The translations under genes were made by a program, and so were the position numbers. Positions 8,595-17,618 of a stretch of 64,000 nucleotides of DNA are shown here, piece by piece (within the stretch, counting starts at the first letter, position 1; each line of letters starts with the position of its first letter). A model generated the notes under the pieces. That model did not search any database and was not told the DNA's origin. It worked only from the letters and a program-made list of their open reading frames with translations. The DNA is from an uncultured Gammaproteobacteria bacterium. GTDB taxonomy: Bacteria > Patescibacteriota > Patescibacteriia > UBA11705 > JABHMO01. The stretch is taken from contig CAZPYM010000002.1 in the NCBI GenBank assembly GCA_964590105.1, forward strand, positions 26,697 to 90,696, read 5' to 3'.

Positions 8595-8672
8595 GCTACG
8601 CTAATACAATTTTGCAATCTCAGTCGCATCAACTATCTAAACATCTAGAGACATTCAAGATTTGTTACTTCA

Positions 8673-8927
8673 TCATCTCAAGCACTTTAACCATTCCTCC
8701 CTTTTTCCGATCTCCCTTGCTACAAATCGTAACTCCCACTCTGACTTGCAGCTTCTGTAAACCTCTCTTAAAAAATCGATTTCTATCTTCTTTTCAAACT
8801 TTTCGATCTCGCTTTTGACTTCACGGGCTTCCTTGAACTCCTTTAATAGATCAAATACCCAAGGCAAAAGAGGCATATAAAACATAATAACAAGCACAAA
8901 TAAGATTCCAATCTCTTTCATTTCCAT
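8673..8927 (-). CDS. small membrane-anchored hypothetical protein
   Basis: aaggagaggaaaaATGgaaatgaaagag gives a good SD. Translation is MEMKEIGILFVLVIMFYMPLLPWVFDLLKEFKEAREVKSEIEKFEKK.... The track ORF extends to 8984 without an RBS. Confidence 0.45.
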   Translation of the reverse strand: MEMKEIGILFVLVIMFYMPLLPWVFDLLKEFKEAREVKSEIEKFEKKIEIDFLREVYRSCKSEWELRFVAREIGKREEWLKCLR

Positions 8928-8999
8928 TTTTCCTCTCCTTATTAAAGTTATAAAGAACATTGAATCATTTGTAATCTGTACCAATCAAAAAACAGCGGC

Positions 9000-9028
9000 T
9001 TGACAACCACTGTTTGATATAGTATTAT
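9000..9028 (+). promoter_or_regulatory. sigma70-like promoter for TrmB paralog
   Basis: ttgaca-accactgtttgatatag(17)-tattat. The near-palindrome aacagcgg/ccactgtt overlaps the -35. Confidence 0.45.
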
Positions 9029-9100
9029 AGCATATATAAAATGAGTGGTCAATACCACCACAAGATACGGTAGTAAATTGAGCCAAATAAATAAATTAAT

Positions 9101-9847
9101 ATGCTAATAAAAACTCTTCAGGAAATCGGACTTTCTCCAAACGAAGCCAAAATATATGAAGCTCTTTTGGAGCTGAAACAAGCCGGCGTCGGCACGATTT
9201 CCAGCCATTCGAAAATACACCGAAGAAATGTTTACGACACAATCTCCCGCCTGGTTGACAAGGGTCTGATCTTCCCGGTCATCGGCAAAGGAGAGAATAA
9301 ATATTCACCGGTTGACCCGGGAAAACTTCTGGAATTAGTCAAAGAAAAGGAAACAAGTCTACTCTCCATCCTGCCACTCATGAAACAAAAATATGAGGAG
9401 CGCAAAACTCCGCAGGAAGCTTATATTTATCGCGGCGTTGAAGGATTCAAAAATTACATGCGCGATATTTTGAAAGAAGGGCAGGATGTTTATTTTATCG
9501 GCGCCAAGCTGGGCTGGCTGGACCCGAGGATCAAAACATTTTTGAACAATTTTTTAACCCTGGCCAAGAAAAAGAAAATCAAATTCCACCACATCTTTGA
9601 CACGGAAGTAAAAGAAAAAACTCCTGCCAATGAATTAGCTGAGCTCGGCCCGAATCATCGCTTCATGCCCAAAGAATTTTCCACGGTTTCCGCCGCTGAT
9701 ATTTTCGGCGACTATGTTGTCACCTTTACCGGATTAAATTATAAAAAGATTGATGACGACGTGACTTTATTTGTCCTGCGCGACAAGGATCTGGCTGACA
9801 GTTACCGCACCTGGTGGAAATTTATGTTTAATAATTGTAATAAATAA
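9101..9847 (+). CDS. TrmB-family transcriptional regulator
   Basis: MLIKTLQEIGLSPNEAKIYEALLELKQAGVGTISSHSKIHRRNVYDTISRLVDKGLI. 248 aa, typical size, C-terminal YRTWWKFMF motif. Confidence 0.8.
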   Translation: MLIKTLQEIGLSPNEAKIYEALLELKQAGVGTISSHSKIHRRNVYDTISRLVDKGLIFPVIGKGENKYSPVDPGKLLELVKEKETSLLSILPLMKQKYEERKTPQEAYIYRGVEGFKNYMRDILKEGQDVYFIGAKLGWLDPRIKTFLNNFLTLAKKKKIKFHHIFDTEVKEKTPANELAELGPNHRFMPKEFSTVSAADIFGDYVVTFTGLNYKKIDDDVTLFVLRDKDLADSYRTWWKFMFNNCNK

Positions 9848-9852
9848 TTTTA

Positions 9853-11576
9853 TGCTAAAAAAAATCATCTTCGTTTCAATCTGCCTGATTTTTCTTTTTC
9901 CCAATCTGACTTCAGCCCGAGAAAATGTTTACGATTGGTATATCCAGAATTTTTATACCAAAATTACGGTTAATCAGGATTCTTCTTTAATTATTGAAGA
10001 GCAAATCACGGCCGACTGCGGTAATGGCAATGACAAACACGGCATTTTTCGGGTCTTGCCGACGCAAACCAAAACTCCGGACGGCACGATCAAAACTCCC
10101 ATTGAGTTAATTAAAATTACCGACTTTCAAGGCCAACCATATAATTACCAAACCATTCGCGGGAATAATACCCTAACCTGGAAGATCGGCAATCCGGACA
10201 CATCCGTAAAAGGCGTTAACACCTATTTAATTGTTTACAAAGTAAAAAATACTGTCCAATTTAATAATTCCGAATTTGATGAATTTTACTGGAACCTGCT
10301 TGGCAACTTCTGGGATCTAGAAATTGACAACTTTACGGCCGACATTATTTTTCAATCAGCCATCAATCAAGACAATACCAAAATTGATTACTACGCCGGC
10401 AACCTGGGCTCAAAAGACAAAACAACCGCCGGCTATTCCTGGCTCAATAAAAACACACTGCGCTTCGAGTCCAATTCAATATTCTACAAAAGCCAAGGTC
10501 TAACTACCTCTGTCACTTTTCCAAAAAATATTCTTCAGCCGACCCGACTTAGTTTATGGGAGAAGTTAAATACATATTTTTTCTTTTGGCCGTTCATTAT
10601 CCCCGTCATTATATTTATACTTTGCTTTTTGGTCTGGATCCGCTTTGGCAAAGATCCAAAACACGGCAAAACCATTATTGCGCTTTATGAACCGCCAAAA
10701 GGTTTAACTCCGGCAGAAATCGGCTCAATCCATCAGGAAGGAACATTTAACGAAAGGCTGATAACCGCGACGATTATTAACCTGGCAGTCAACGGTTATA
10801 TTACCCTTGAACAAATCTCTGAAAAAAAGAAATTCAGCATAACCAAAACCAAGAACGATTTCAAAATAACGAGATTAAACAAAGAGCCGCAAGCTTTATC
10901 GTCTTTGGAAAAATTAATTCTGGACAATCTTTTGGATCAACAACCGGAAATAACTTTATCAGCCATACAAAAAACATTTCCCAAAAAGATTAAGGGGATT
11001 TCAAAACAAATCCAAACTGCGCTGATTGAAAAGGGTTATTTTGCCAAAAAGGGTTTCACCCTTAAGCCGATTTTTATAGGCATAGGCGTTGTAATCGGAT
11101 TTATTTCATTTGCCCACATAGAAAATAATTGGCTCTGGGGGCTGGCCGGGGTTTTATCCGCGCTTTCCATATTAATCTTCGGACTGCTCATGGCCCAAAA
11201 AACTCCGAAAGGAGCGGAAGTTCAATGGGAGATTAAAGGATTTAAACATTACATGGATGTAGCGGAAAAGCATAGGCAGGAATTTTATGAAAAAGAAAAT
11301 ATCTTTGAAAAGTTTTTACCGTTTGCCATTGCCTTTGGTATGACAAAACAATGGATTAACAAAATGAAACAGATTTACGGCGAAGACTTTTTCGCCAACT
11401 ACGCGCCCGCCTGGTACATTGGCTCGACAATGGGCGGCTTTGACGCTGACTCTCTGAACAGCAGCCTGACCAGCATTTCCAATGCTGTTTCGCAAAGCAT
11501 GGGCACATCGTCCGGCTCGGGCGGCAGTGGATTTTCCGGCGGCGGCGGCGGCGGTGGTGGAGGCGGCGGCTGGTAA
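9853..11576 (+). CDS. DUF2207-like membrane protein with C-terminal poly-Gly tail
   Basis: Signal peptide MLKKIIFVSICLIFLFPNLTSA, a large extracytoplasmic domain, TM helices in the middle, and a C-terminus SGSGGSGFSGGGGGGGGGGGW. This architecture is characteristic of DUF2207. The track ORF starts earlier at 9771 by TTG read-through. Confidence 0.65.
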
Positions 11577-11719
11577 AAGAAGGAGAAAGTTAATTAGAGT
11601 TAATAAAAGTTAACTTGAGTTACATAAAAGAAAGTTACATAATAAACAAATAACTTTCTTTTAATTAACAATCCATTAACCCCAATTAACCTTTTCAATA
11701 CTTCCCATAATTTAAAAAG

Positions 11720-11753
11720 AAAAAAACCCCGGACAATGTTGTCAGGGGTTTTG
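11720..11753. terminator. bidirectional terminator
   Basis: aaaaaaa-ccccggaca-atgtt-gtcagggg-tttt (one mismatch in the stem), between convergent genes. Confidence 0.55.
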
Positions 11754-11759
11754 TAATTT

Positions 11760-12509
11760 TTATAGCTCATCTGAAACTTTGGAAATTTCCTGTCTAATGA
11801 TCATCACCTCTTCCATTGGCAAATCGCCGATTTGCTCGAGGCTTGTTATTCCGTGAGCATGAAGCACGGCATTCATCGCCTGCTTTCTTTTCTCCATAAA
11901 ACCAAGGTCACGAACATGACACAATGATTTGCCGCCAAAAGGCAATTCAAGTATGGCGACTTTTTCGGGCTGATCAAACTGCCGACGCAGAGTTTCTATA
12001 TCCGGCCCACCGGGCAAAGCAGGCATTGTTGTTCCCTCGTCCACAAACACTTGATCGACAATATACTTTTTCTCCGCCGTATCGCGGAATAACATTGTCA
12101 TCCGATTACCGGTAGACTGATCAATACAACCTTGCTCTTGCATGAACCTGTCAATTTCCTGAATAAACACCTCCATATCAACTACGCTTATCCGATTGTC
12201 CCAAAAAATGAAAGTATTTTTACCGACCTGGAAAGGGATTGCCCCTGCTCTGGTCGAACCACCAGAACCAATTATTACAATCGAATAATTATCCTTTTTA
12301 AGAGAAATTGAAACATGAATTTCTTTTGGTTCGCTTGTCCAAATTCGGGCAATCTTTTCAGCCGCGTCCTTTATGCCGAAGTTTCTAGTGAGATCGTATA
12401 AGTCCGCCAGCAAATCAGCTGACAAGCCGGGCAATTCCACCGGCGGATTTGTTAATTCAAAGAACTGAACAATCCGGGGATCAAATCTGCGCTCCAGCGA
12501 AAAGATCAT
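11760..12509 (-). CDS. hypothetical protein with C-terminal HhH-like motif; GC-rich
   Basis: 249 aa. The C-terminus NAVLHAHGITSLEQIGDLPMEEVMII resembles a helix-hairpin-helix. No confident family assignment. Confidence 0.55.
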   Translation of the reverse strand: MIFSLERRFDPRIVQFFELTNPPVELPGLSADLLADLYDLTRNFGIKDAAEKIARIWTSEPKEIHVSISLKKDNYSIVIIGSGGSTRAGAIPFQVGKNTFIFWDNRISVVDMEVFIQEIDRFMQEQGCIDQSTGNRMTMLFRDTAEKKYIVDQVFVDEGTTMPALPGGPDIETLRRQFDQPEKVAILELPFGGKSLCHVRDLGFMEKRKQAMNAVLHAHGITSLEQIGDLPMEEVMIIRQEISKVSDEL

Positions 12510-12613
12510 CAGTCACCTCCGTAAAACTAATCAAATCCCGTTAATAAATAATGCTAACACCACTAACCGTAATTGTCAATATTAAAAAAGCGCCCCGTCT
12601 CGAGAGAGCGCTT

Positions 12614-13291
12614 TTAGATCTTTAATGAAACCCGCGGCTTTTCCGCAGTCATCAGGGAATATATTCCGTCGGCATCGCACTCATCGGAAACAACAAAGCG
12701 CAATTTTGCTTGTCCGCTCCACAGATAGTGAGCGCCTTTGAACCCGCTGTCAATGATGCGAATCACCCTGATCGCAGCCGGCAAATCGCAAAGAACAGCC
12801 CGGCAAAAAGCGTTTCTGAACACTTCGCAAATTGTTGCCGGATGCCTGGTTTTCAGCGCCTCGCGCTCAAAAAACCTTTGCCAAGCGTGCGCTGATATCC
12901 GCACTTTTCCAAGTTTTTCATGCTCAAGCACGTGTCCGATCAATGTAGTTTCCAAACGTAGCGCTTCCAGCTTTTTCCAGGTCGCCGAACCGGATTGCGA
13001 CAACAGCTTCTTCAACAAGCAAAAGCTGCTCGTTATCTCTTCCACTGCTGGCCTGTAATTGTCCGGTCTGAAATGAAACAAAAGAAAATAAATAGAACTG
13101 CAGATCAACTGCACATTGAATTTCTCGCGCGCCCTCTCAATCGGAAAAGTGTAAAGCAGTTCAAAGTACATTCTCTCTTCGCGGTTGAAAACTTCCGCGC
13201 CGACAACGAGAATCAAGTATTCAAGCAAGAGCTTGAACTCTTGCTCTGGCAAAACCTTATTCAAAAGCTCTCTGATTCTTTCATCTTTCAT
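12614..13291 (-). CDS. hypothetical protein; ATG immediately preceded by a G12 tract; GC-rich
   Basis: gggggggggggg-aca-ATGaaagatgaaaga gives MKDERIRELLNKVLPEQEFKLLLEYL.... The track ORF from 13336 reads through the G-tract as GGGG. Which start is used depends on tract length. Confidence 0.55.
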   Translation of the reverse strand: MKDERIRELLNKVLPEQEFKLLLEYLILVVGAEVFNREERMYFELLYTFPIERAREKFNVQLICSSIYFLLFHFRPDNYRPAVEEITSSFCLLKKLLSQSGSATWKKLEALRLETTLIGHVLEHEKLGKVRISAHAWQRFFEREALKTRHPATICEVFRNAFCRAVLCDLPAAIRVIRIIDSGFKGAHYLWSGQAKLRFVVSDECDADGIYSLMTAEKPRVSLKI

Positions 13292-13294
13292 TGT

Positions 13295-13306
13295 CCCCCC
13301 CCCCCC
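13295..13306. repeat. homopolymeric C12/G12 tract
   Basis: Twelve consecutive C on the plus strand (G on the coding minus strand), 3 nt upstream of the ATG at 13291. No other homopolymer of this length was seen in the window. Confidence 0.9.
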
Positions 13307-13443
13307 TGAAACCTCAAACCTGGCGACGGCAAGCAAGATTATTTAGAAGTGTTGTTAATGCCCAGCGTCGATAAACCAGATTATAACAATCCGCAGATAC
13401 TGTCAAGCATCCGCGCTTATAAAAAAAATTTATTGAATTTCAG

Positions 13444-14172
13444 CTATTTACCGCAACCTCGCCATGCCAGGTTAAAAACCAATCTCATATTATTAGCGAT
13501 TTCATTACTTTCAATGATAACGCCCATTTTTTCTTTAAATGAAATAAAGGCTACCTTGTTGCCATAAACATCCATCTCACTTGTAAACGGATATTTTTCT
13601 TTTTTTACTAACCTCGTAACTTTTAAATCCGCTTCATCCGATAATTTATATTTTTTGATCTTATCAGTGTCAGGCCCGATTACTCTCGCAAAAATTTTAT
13701 TGTTTGTTCTTTTTAATTTATATTCATTTGCAAAGTCCTTGCCCAGATAAGCTAAAATATTGTCGCTGACAAAAGCATATAAATTACCGGTGTAATTTAG
13801 GGTGTCTCGATAAACTTCCTTCAATCCGTCAATACCTTCATAATAACGAATTTTTGGTTTTTCACCGGCCGTATTATAAAAAGATTTTAATAATGGCATG
13901 ACTTCCTCAAGTTGAGCTTTTTTTTCATCCAATAATTTATTTAATCGTTCCGGCTCTTCAGCATAGAAAAGTCTTTTTTTTCCTTTTTGCGTTTGGCCTA
14001 CTAGCCCGCGCCTGGTTAATTCAGTCAGAATATCATATACAGTCGGCCTTTTAATACCGGCTTTTTTTGCCAAATTTGTAACGCTGGTCTGCCCCAATTC
14101 CAAGCAGGAAAGATAAACCTTTATTTCTTTGTCACTTAAATTAAATTGTTTTAATACTTCTTCAATTTTCAT
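13444..14172 (-). CDS. TrmB-family transcriptional regulator
   Basis: MKIEEVLKQFNLSDKEIKVYLSCLELGQTSVTNLAKKAGIKRPTVYDILTELTRRGLV, ending ...FNLAWRGCGK. Confidence 0.8.
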   Translation of the reverse strand: MKIEEVLKQFNLSDKEIKVYLSCLELGQTSVTNLAKKAGIKRPTVYDILTELTRRGLVGQTQKGKKRLFYAEEPERLNKLLDEKKAQLEEVMPLLKSFYNTAGEKPKIRYYEGIDGLKEVYRDTLNYTGNLYAFVSDNILAYLGKDFANEYKLKRTNNKIFARVIGPDTDKIKKYKLSDEADLKVTRLVKKEKYPFTSEMDVYGNKVAFISFKEKMGVIIESNEIANNMRLVFNLAWRGCGK

Positions 14173-14373
14173 AAAATTATTTCTTTTAGTGTATTGTTCC
14201 GAGCGAGGAGAAACAACGCGTCGAAAAATGTCGGTAATTTCCGACTACATTTACATTATATCATACTATTATATCCCGTCAAGGTAACCGCGGTTTTTAT
14301 TTAATATTAGCCAATCATATTACTTAAAATTCACCACTCACCGACCACTACCCACCAAAAAGGTCGGTAATAA

Positions 14374-14402
14374 TTGACACTTTTGAAATTTTTTGCTATA
14401 AT
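14374..14402 (+). promoter_or_regulatory. sigma70-like promoter TTGACA-17-TATAAT for the GC-rich operon
   Basis: ttgacacttttgaaattttttgctataat. Inverted repeats ccgacc...ggtcgg (about 14341-14368) and tgtcgg-taattt-ccgaca (about 14231-14248) lie in the divergent intergenic region. Confidence 0.55.
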
Positions 14403-14458
14403 GCGCTGTTAAGATAAAGAAGTTCTTTTCATTACATCAACCATAAACGGGGGAAATC

Positions 14459-15397
14459 ATGAACTACGTTCAGCTGATTGAGAAAATGAAATCTGGCCTT
14501 GGGAAGTTATACAAGATGGCTCTAGATCTGGCCGCCATTCTGGACAGTGCGGCGGCGCAAGTAACAGAAGATGCAAGCCGCGGCTGGGAAGGACCGCGAG
14601 AGCAGAGACTTCGAACCTTCAACCTCCTGTGCGCTATCTGCGTCAAAGCCAACATTGCTCCTCCGAACTTGGAGGAAGGACTCTGGAGGGGAGCGCTTCC
14701 GCGAACTTACAACAAGGACCGCTTCGAACAGGCAAGGAAAGTCGCGCGAGAAACACGCCTCCGGGTACGCAAGCATCTGAAAGGACAAACCCGTCCCGCC
14801 GCGAACATGGCCCGCGCGCTCATGGAAACCATCAACCTTTTTCCGGATTGCGATGGCTTCACCGGCATCAACAAGGAAAACATCATGGCCATGCTCAACC
14901 GCCTTCTGGTGGACGAGCTCAGTCTCGCGCCCTTTCGGCCGGACTACAGCGCCATGACAATCCCCGACGTTCTGCATGCCGACGGTTCCGCCCGCCCTGC
15001 CACGGTCGTAATAGTTGACGACGATCCAAACGAACTGCTCAAGTCCGCGCTGACGCTGATCGGGATTCCAAATCTTGCGGTAAAATTCGTTCACTACAAA
15101 AGCGCTTCTGCCTGGAACAAACCACAAGGCCAGGAACTTCAGAACAAGCTCCTGGAAGTTGCCCGGTCTGTGCTGGAATTAACGCCGGACGTCATCGTGA
15201 TGGATCAGGGGCTCGGCGACATTGAAGGATCTGATCTTGTCACGACCATCAAGAACCAAAACCCGGAACACCGGCCAATCTTTGTCGCCAACACCGGCGG
15301 CGATCCGAACAAACTGCTCAATGCCGGCTGTCTCGATAACTTCGAGAAGGGTCGCGCTCCGAAAAGCATTCGACAGGCGATCAGCGCCGTCAATTAA
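14459..15397 (+). CDS. hypothetical protein with C-terminal receiver (REC/CheY-like) domain
   Basis: The C-terminus TVVIVDDDPNELL...PDVIVMDQGLGDIEGSDLV...PIFVANTGG...NFEKG has the DD, D, T and K positions of a receiver fold. The N-terminal ~170 aa are unassigned. GC is much higher than the window average. Confidence 0.6.
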   Translation: MNYVQLIEKMKSGLGKLYKMALDLAAILDSAAAQVTEDASRGWEGPREQRLRTFNLLCAICVKANIAPPNLEEGLWRGALPRTYNKDRFEQARKVARETRLRVRKHLKGQTRPAANMARALMETINLFPDCDGFTGINKENIMAMLNRLLVDELSLAPFRPDYSAMTIPDVLHADGSARPATVVIVDDDPNELLKSALTLIGIPNLAVKFVHYKSASAWNKPQGQELQNKLLEVARSVLELTPDVIVMDQGLGDIEGSDLVTTIKNQNPEHRPIFVANTGGDPNKLLNAGCLDNFEKGRAPKSIRQAISAVN

Positions 15398-15524
15398 AAA
15401 TCCAAAAAATATCTCGAGGGAAGTCACCATGTGGCTTCCCTCTTCAACCGCCGATTTCTTGGAAAAAGGAATCTGCAGTTGGAGATTTGTTCATTAAATT
15501 AAAAACAACCAAGAGGAGTCTGTC

Positions 15525-16193
15525 ATGACAACAGAAACTGATCATAAAAAAGCTCTTGAATTTTTCAAAAAGTCAAACCCAACTCTATATAACGATACGG
15601 AACAAATGCGGATCAAAATGCTTGAGCTCGAGGCCTGCACAAAAAACGAAACCAACCTCCCGGCCAAAAGCATCTATGTGCAAGGCCGAAACCTGCTGGC
15701 TTGCGCGCTCGGAGTTGAACTTCTCCCAGAAATTGAAATTCCGGAAGAAAAGGAAATGACCATGGATGAAATCAATGCCATTAGAATCGTGCCAAACCAA
15801 AAAATCACCGTTGTCATAGTTGACGACCGGCCAAATGAAGTTCAAGTCATGATATCCGTGCTCGAGTCCTGGCCCAATGTCCGAGTCTGGCCGATTATTG
15901 GCGAAATCACTCAGTGTTCTCCCAGAAAAACAGCAGGCTTGCTCACTGAACGCGAAAACCGGGTCTCGACTATCTGTCTTTTGGACGAAGCCATTGGCCA
16001 AATCAAGGGTTCTGATGTCGCCAAATTTCTGAATGAACTTGGTTTCGTCGGCATCCTGGCTTCAATCACCTCCGGTGAAAAGCCTGCTTTTACTGATTTC
16101 CACTTTGGCGACAAGAACAAAATGGCCGGCAACTATTTCATCAAGAAATTTGTTGAATTCATAAACCAACTGATCAGGGAGGAAAGACAATGA
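15525..16193 (+). CDS. hypothetical protein with C-terminal receiver-like domain (paralog of the previous C-terminus)
   Basis: KITVVIVDDRPNEVQVMISVLESWPN...ICLLDEAIGQIKGSDV...ILASITSGEKP...FGDKNK. Confidence 0.55.
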   Translation: MTTETDHKKALEFFKKSNPTLYNDTEQMRIKMLELEACTKNETNLPAKSIYVQGRNLLACALGVELLPEIEIPEEKEMTMDEINAIRIVPNQKITVVIVDDRPNEVQVMISVLESWPNVRVWPIIGEITQCSPRKTAGLLTERENRVSTICLLDEAIGQIKGSDVAKFLNELGFVGILASITSGEKPAFTDFHFGDKNKMAGNYFIKKFVEFINQLIREERQ

Positions 16194-16759
16194 ACCAGGA
16201 ATTGATGAGCCTCCGAACAACAATTCTCAGAAGCATCCGAGACCTGGGAGTTGATTTGGCGGAATTCACTGCCGCCTGCGCCTGCATGGCGCTGTCCCAA
16301 TCGGTCAGCATGGGGAAGATGATCAACGCGGGCAAACTGGATAGCAAAGATGTTCCGACCAATGCGCCTGGTACTATCATGTCCATGCTGGCGGACGATC
16401 AGGCAACCAGAGACATTTTCTTGCTGATTGCCAAATTGCTTTTCAGCACCAGCACGGCGCTGAACAGGCCTCTGACTTTTTCCGAAGTCGCGGGAATAAT
16501 CAAGTTCAATACTCAAACAGTGCCGAATGAACAGTTGAAAAAAGTCGCCGAGTATGTTGGTCCGGATGCTGTACCCGCTCATTTTCTTGGTGGGCCGGGA
16601 GTGCCGGAACCCAATCTGGCGGCCGCCTGGTTCTGGATGTTTCAAATATACCATGGAGCCGGCGAAAAGCTCGGCTTGACCGAAGTTCTGCTTCCCAGTT
16701 TCACTGATTTGCCGGAAAAAGTAGTAAAGAGCATTCAGCTCGTGATGCAAACTGCCTAA
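16190..16759 (+). CDS. hypothetical protein
   Basis: ATGA overlap with the upstream gene. 189 aa, no recognisable motif. Confidence 0.5.
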   Translation: MNQELMSLRTTILRSIRDLGVDLAEFTAACACMALSQSVSMGKMINAGKLDSKDVPTNAPGTIMSMLADDQATRDIFLLIAKLLFSTSTALNRPLTFSEVAGIIKFNTQTVPNEQLKKVAEYVGPDAVPAHFLGGPGVPEPNLAAAWFWMFQIYHGAGEKLGLTEVLLPSFTDLPEKVVKSIQLVMQTA

Positions 16760-16779
16760 CAACCCAAAAGGAGGACAAA

Positions 16780-17562
16780 ATGGCAGACAAATCTGATCAA
16801 CTCAAAGCACTGCTCGAGGCAAAGCAGTATGCCCAAGCACTCACGCTGATCAAGAGCGCCGACGACTACAATGAAGGTGAGAGCTTTGTCTTCGCAGTTC
16901 TGCGGCACAAGAAAGCCAGCCAGGCGCTACTCAACACTGCACTCAAAACTTTCATCAGGACAAGACAGAACTGGTATCGCCAACATGGATACTGGGTTCA
17001 CAGCTTGTCTCATTTCACCGGAGATCTCTGGGAAATGGGCCAACTGGACTGGATCAAGAAGCTCAACAAAATCGCCTTTGACGGCGTGCTTGAACTCGGC
17101 GACGACAATTGTTCTGAACGACTCGTAGGAGATTTTTTCCGACACAGTACCTGGGACATGGATCCTCGGGATTTTCACATCACGACTGAACTGCTTGACC
17201 ATTTCAAGTATGGCCGAGCCTATGGCCAGGCGCGCCTGGCTGTTTCTCCATTCGAAAGCGAAGCTGCTTTCAATGAATGGGAAGCTCGTTGGCATCTGAG
17301 TGCCGAGGGCTATGAAAAGAGTTTCAACTACGAAGCCCAGGAATCCATGGTCCATACCCAGGGTCTGACCAAATGGATCAAAATTCTGGCTGATCTGGGC
17401 CGAGACGTATCAGAATTCGACGGACTGATCAAGCGCCTCCTCGAGGCACAATTGATCGAATTCAAGGAAAAGCTGGAAAACGCGGACAAGGACTGGGTGC
17501 GCGAACACGCCGAAAAGGCAATTACAATCACCAAGGCCCAGCTGGCCGAACTCGATTCCTAA
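16780..17562 (+). CDS. hypothetical protein
   Basis: RBS aaaggaggacaaaATG. 260 aa, Trp/acid-rich, no recognisable motif. Confidence 0.55.
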   Translation: MADKSDQLKALLEAKQYAQALTLIKSADDYNEGESFVFAVLRHKKASQALLNTALKTFIRTRQNWYRQHGYWVHSLSHFTGDLWEMGQLDWIKKLNKIAFDGVLELGDDNCSERLVGDFFRHSTWDMDPRDFHITTELLDHFKYGRAYGQARLAVSPFESEAAFNEWEARWHLSAEGYEKSFNYEAQESMVHTQGLTKWIKILADLGRDVSEFDGLIKRLLEAQLIEFKEKLENADKDWVREHAEKAITITKAQLAELDS

Positions 17563-17572
17563 AACAACCAAA

Positions 17573-17606
17573 AGAGCCAAGCACTCACCTGCCTGGCTCT
17601 TTTTTA
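17573..17606 (+). terminator. rho-independent terminator
   Basis: agagcca-agcactcacctgcc-tggctct-tttttatt. Confidence 0.65.
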
Positions 17607-17618
17607 TTATCTAAATTT

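Noticed and set aside
8612-8818. Plus-strand 68-aa ORF
   Set aside because: It overlaps the better-supported minus-strand ORF 8673..8927, which has a strong SD, and has no RBS of its own.
14470-15430. Multiple overlapping ORFs on both strands (14522..15127 minus, 14629..15018 plus, and others)
   Set aside because: These are high-GC artefacts. Only the 14459..15397 frame has the promoter, RBS, receiver-domain motifs and operon context.
15585-16762. Minus-strand ORFs 15585..16001 and 16133..16762
   Set aside because: Antisense to the plus-strand operon genes. No start or RBS context. Consistent with GC-rich open frames.
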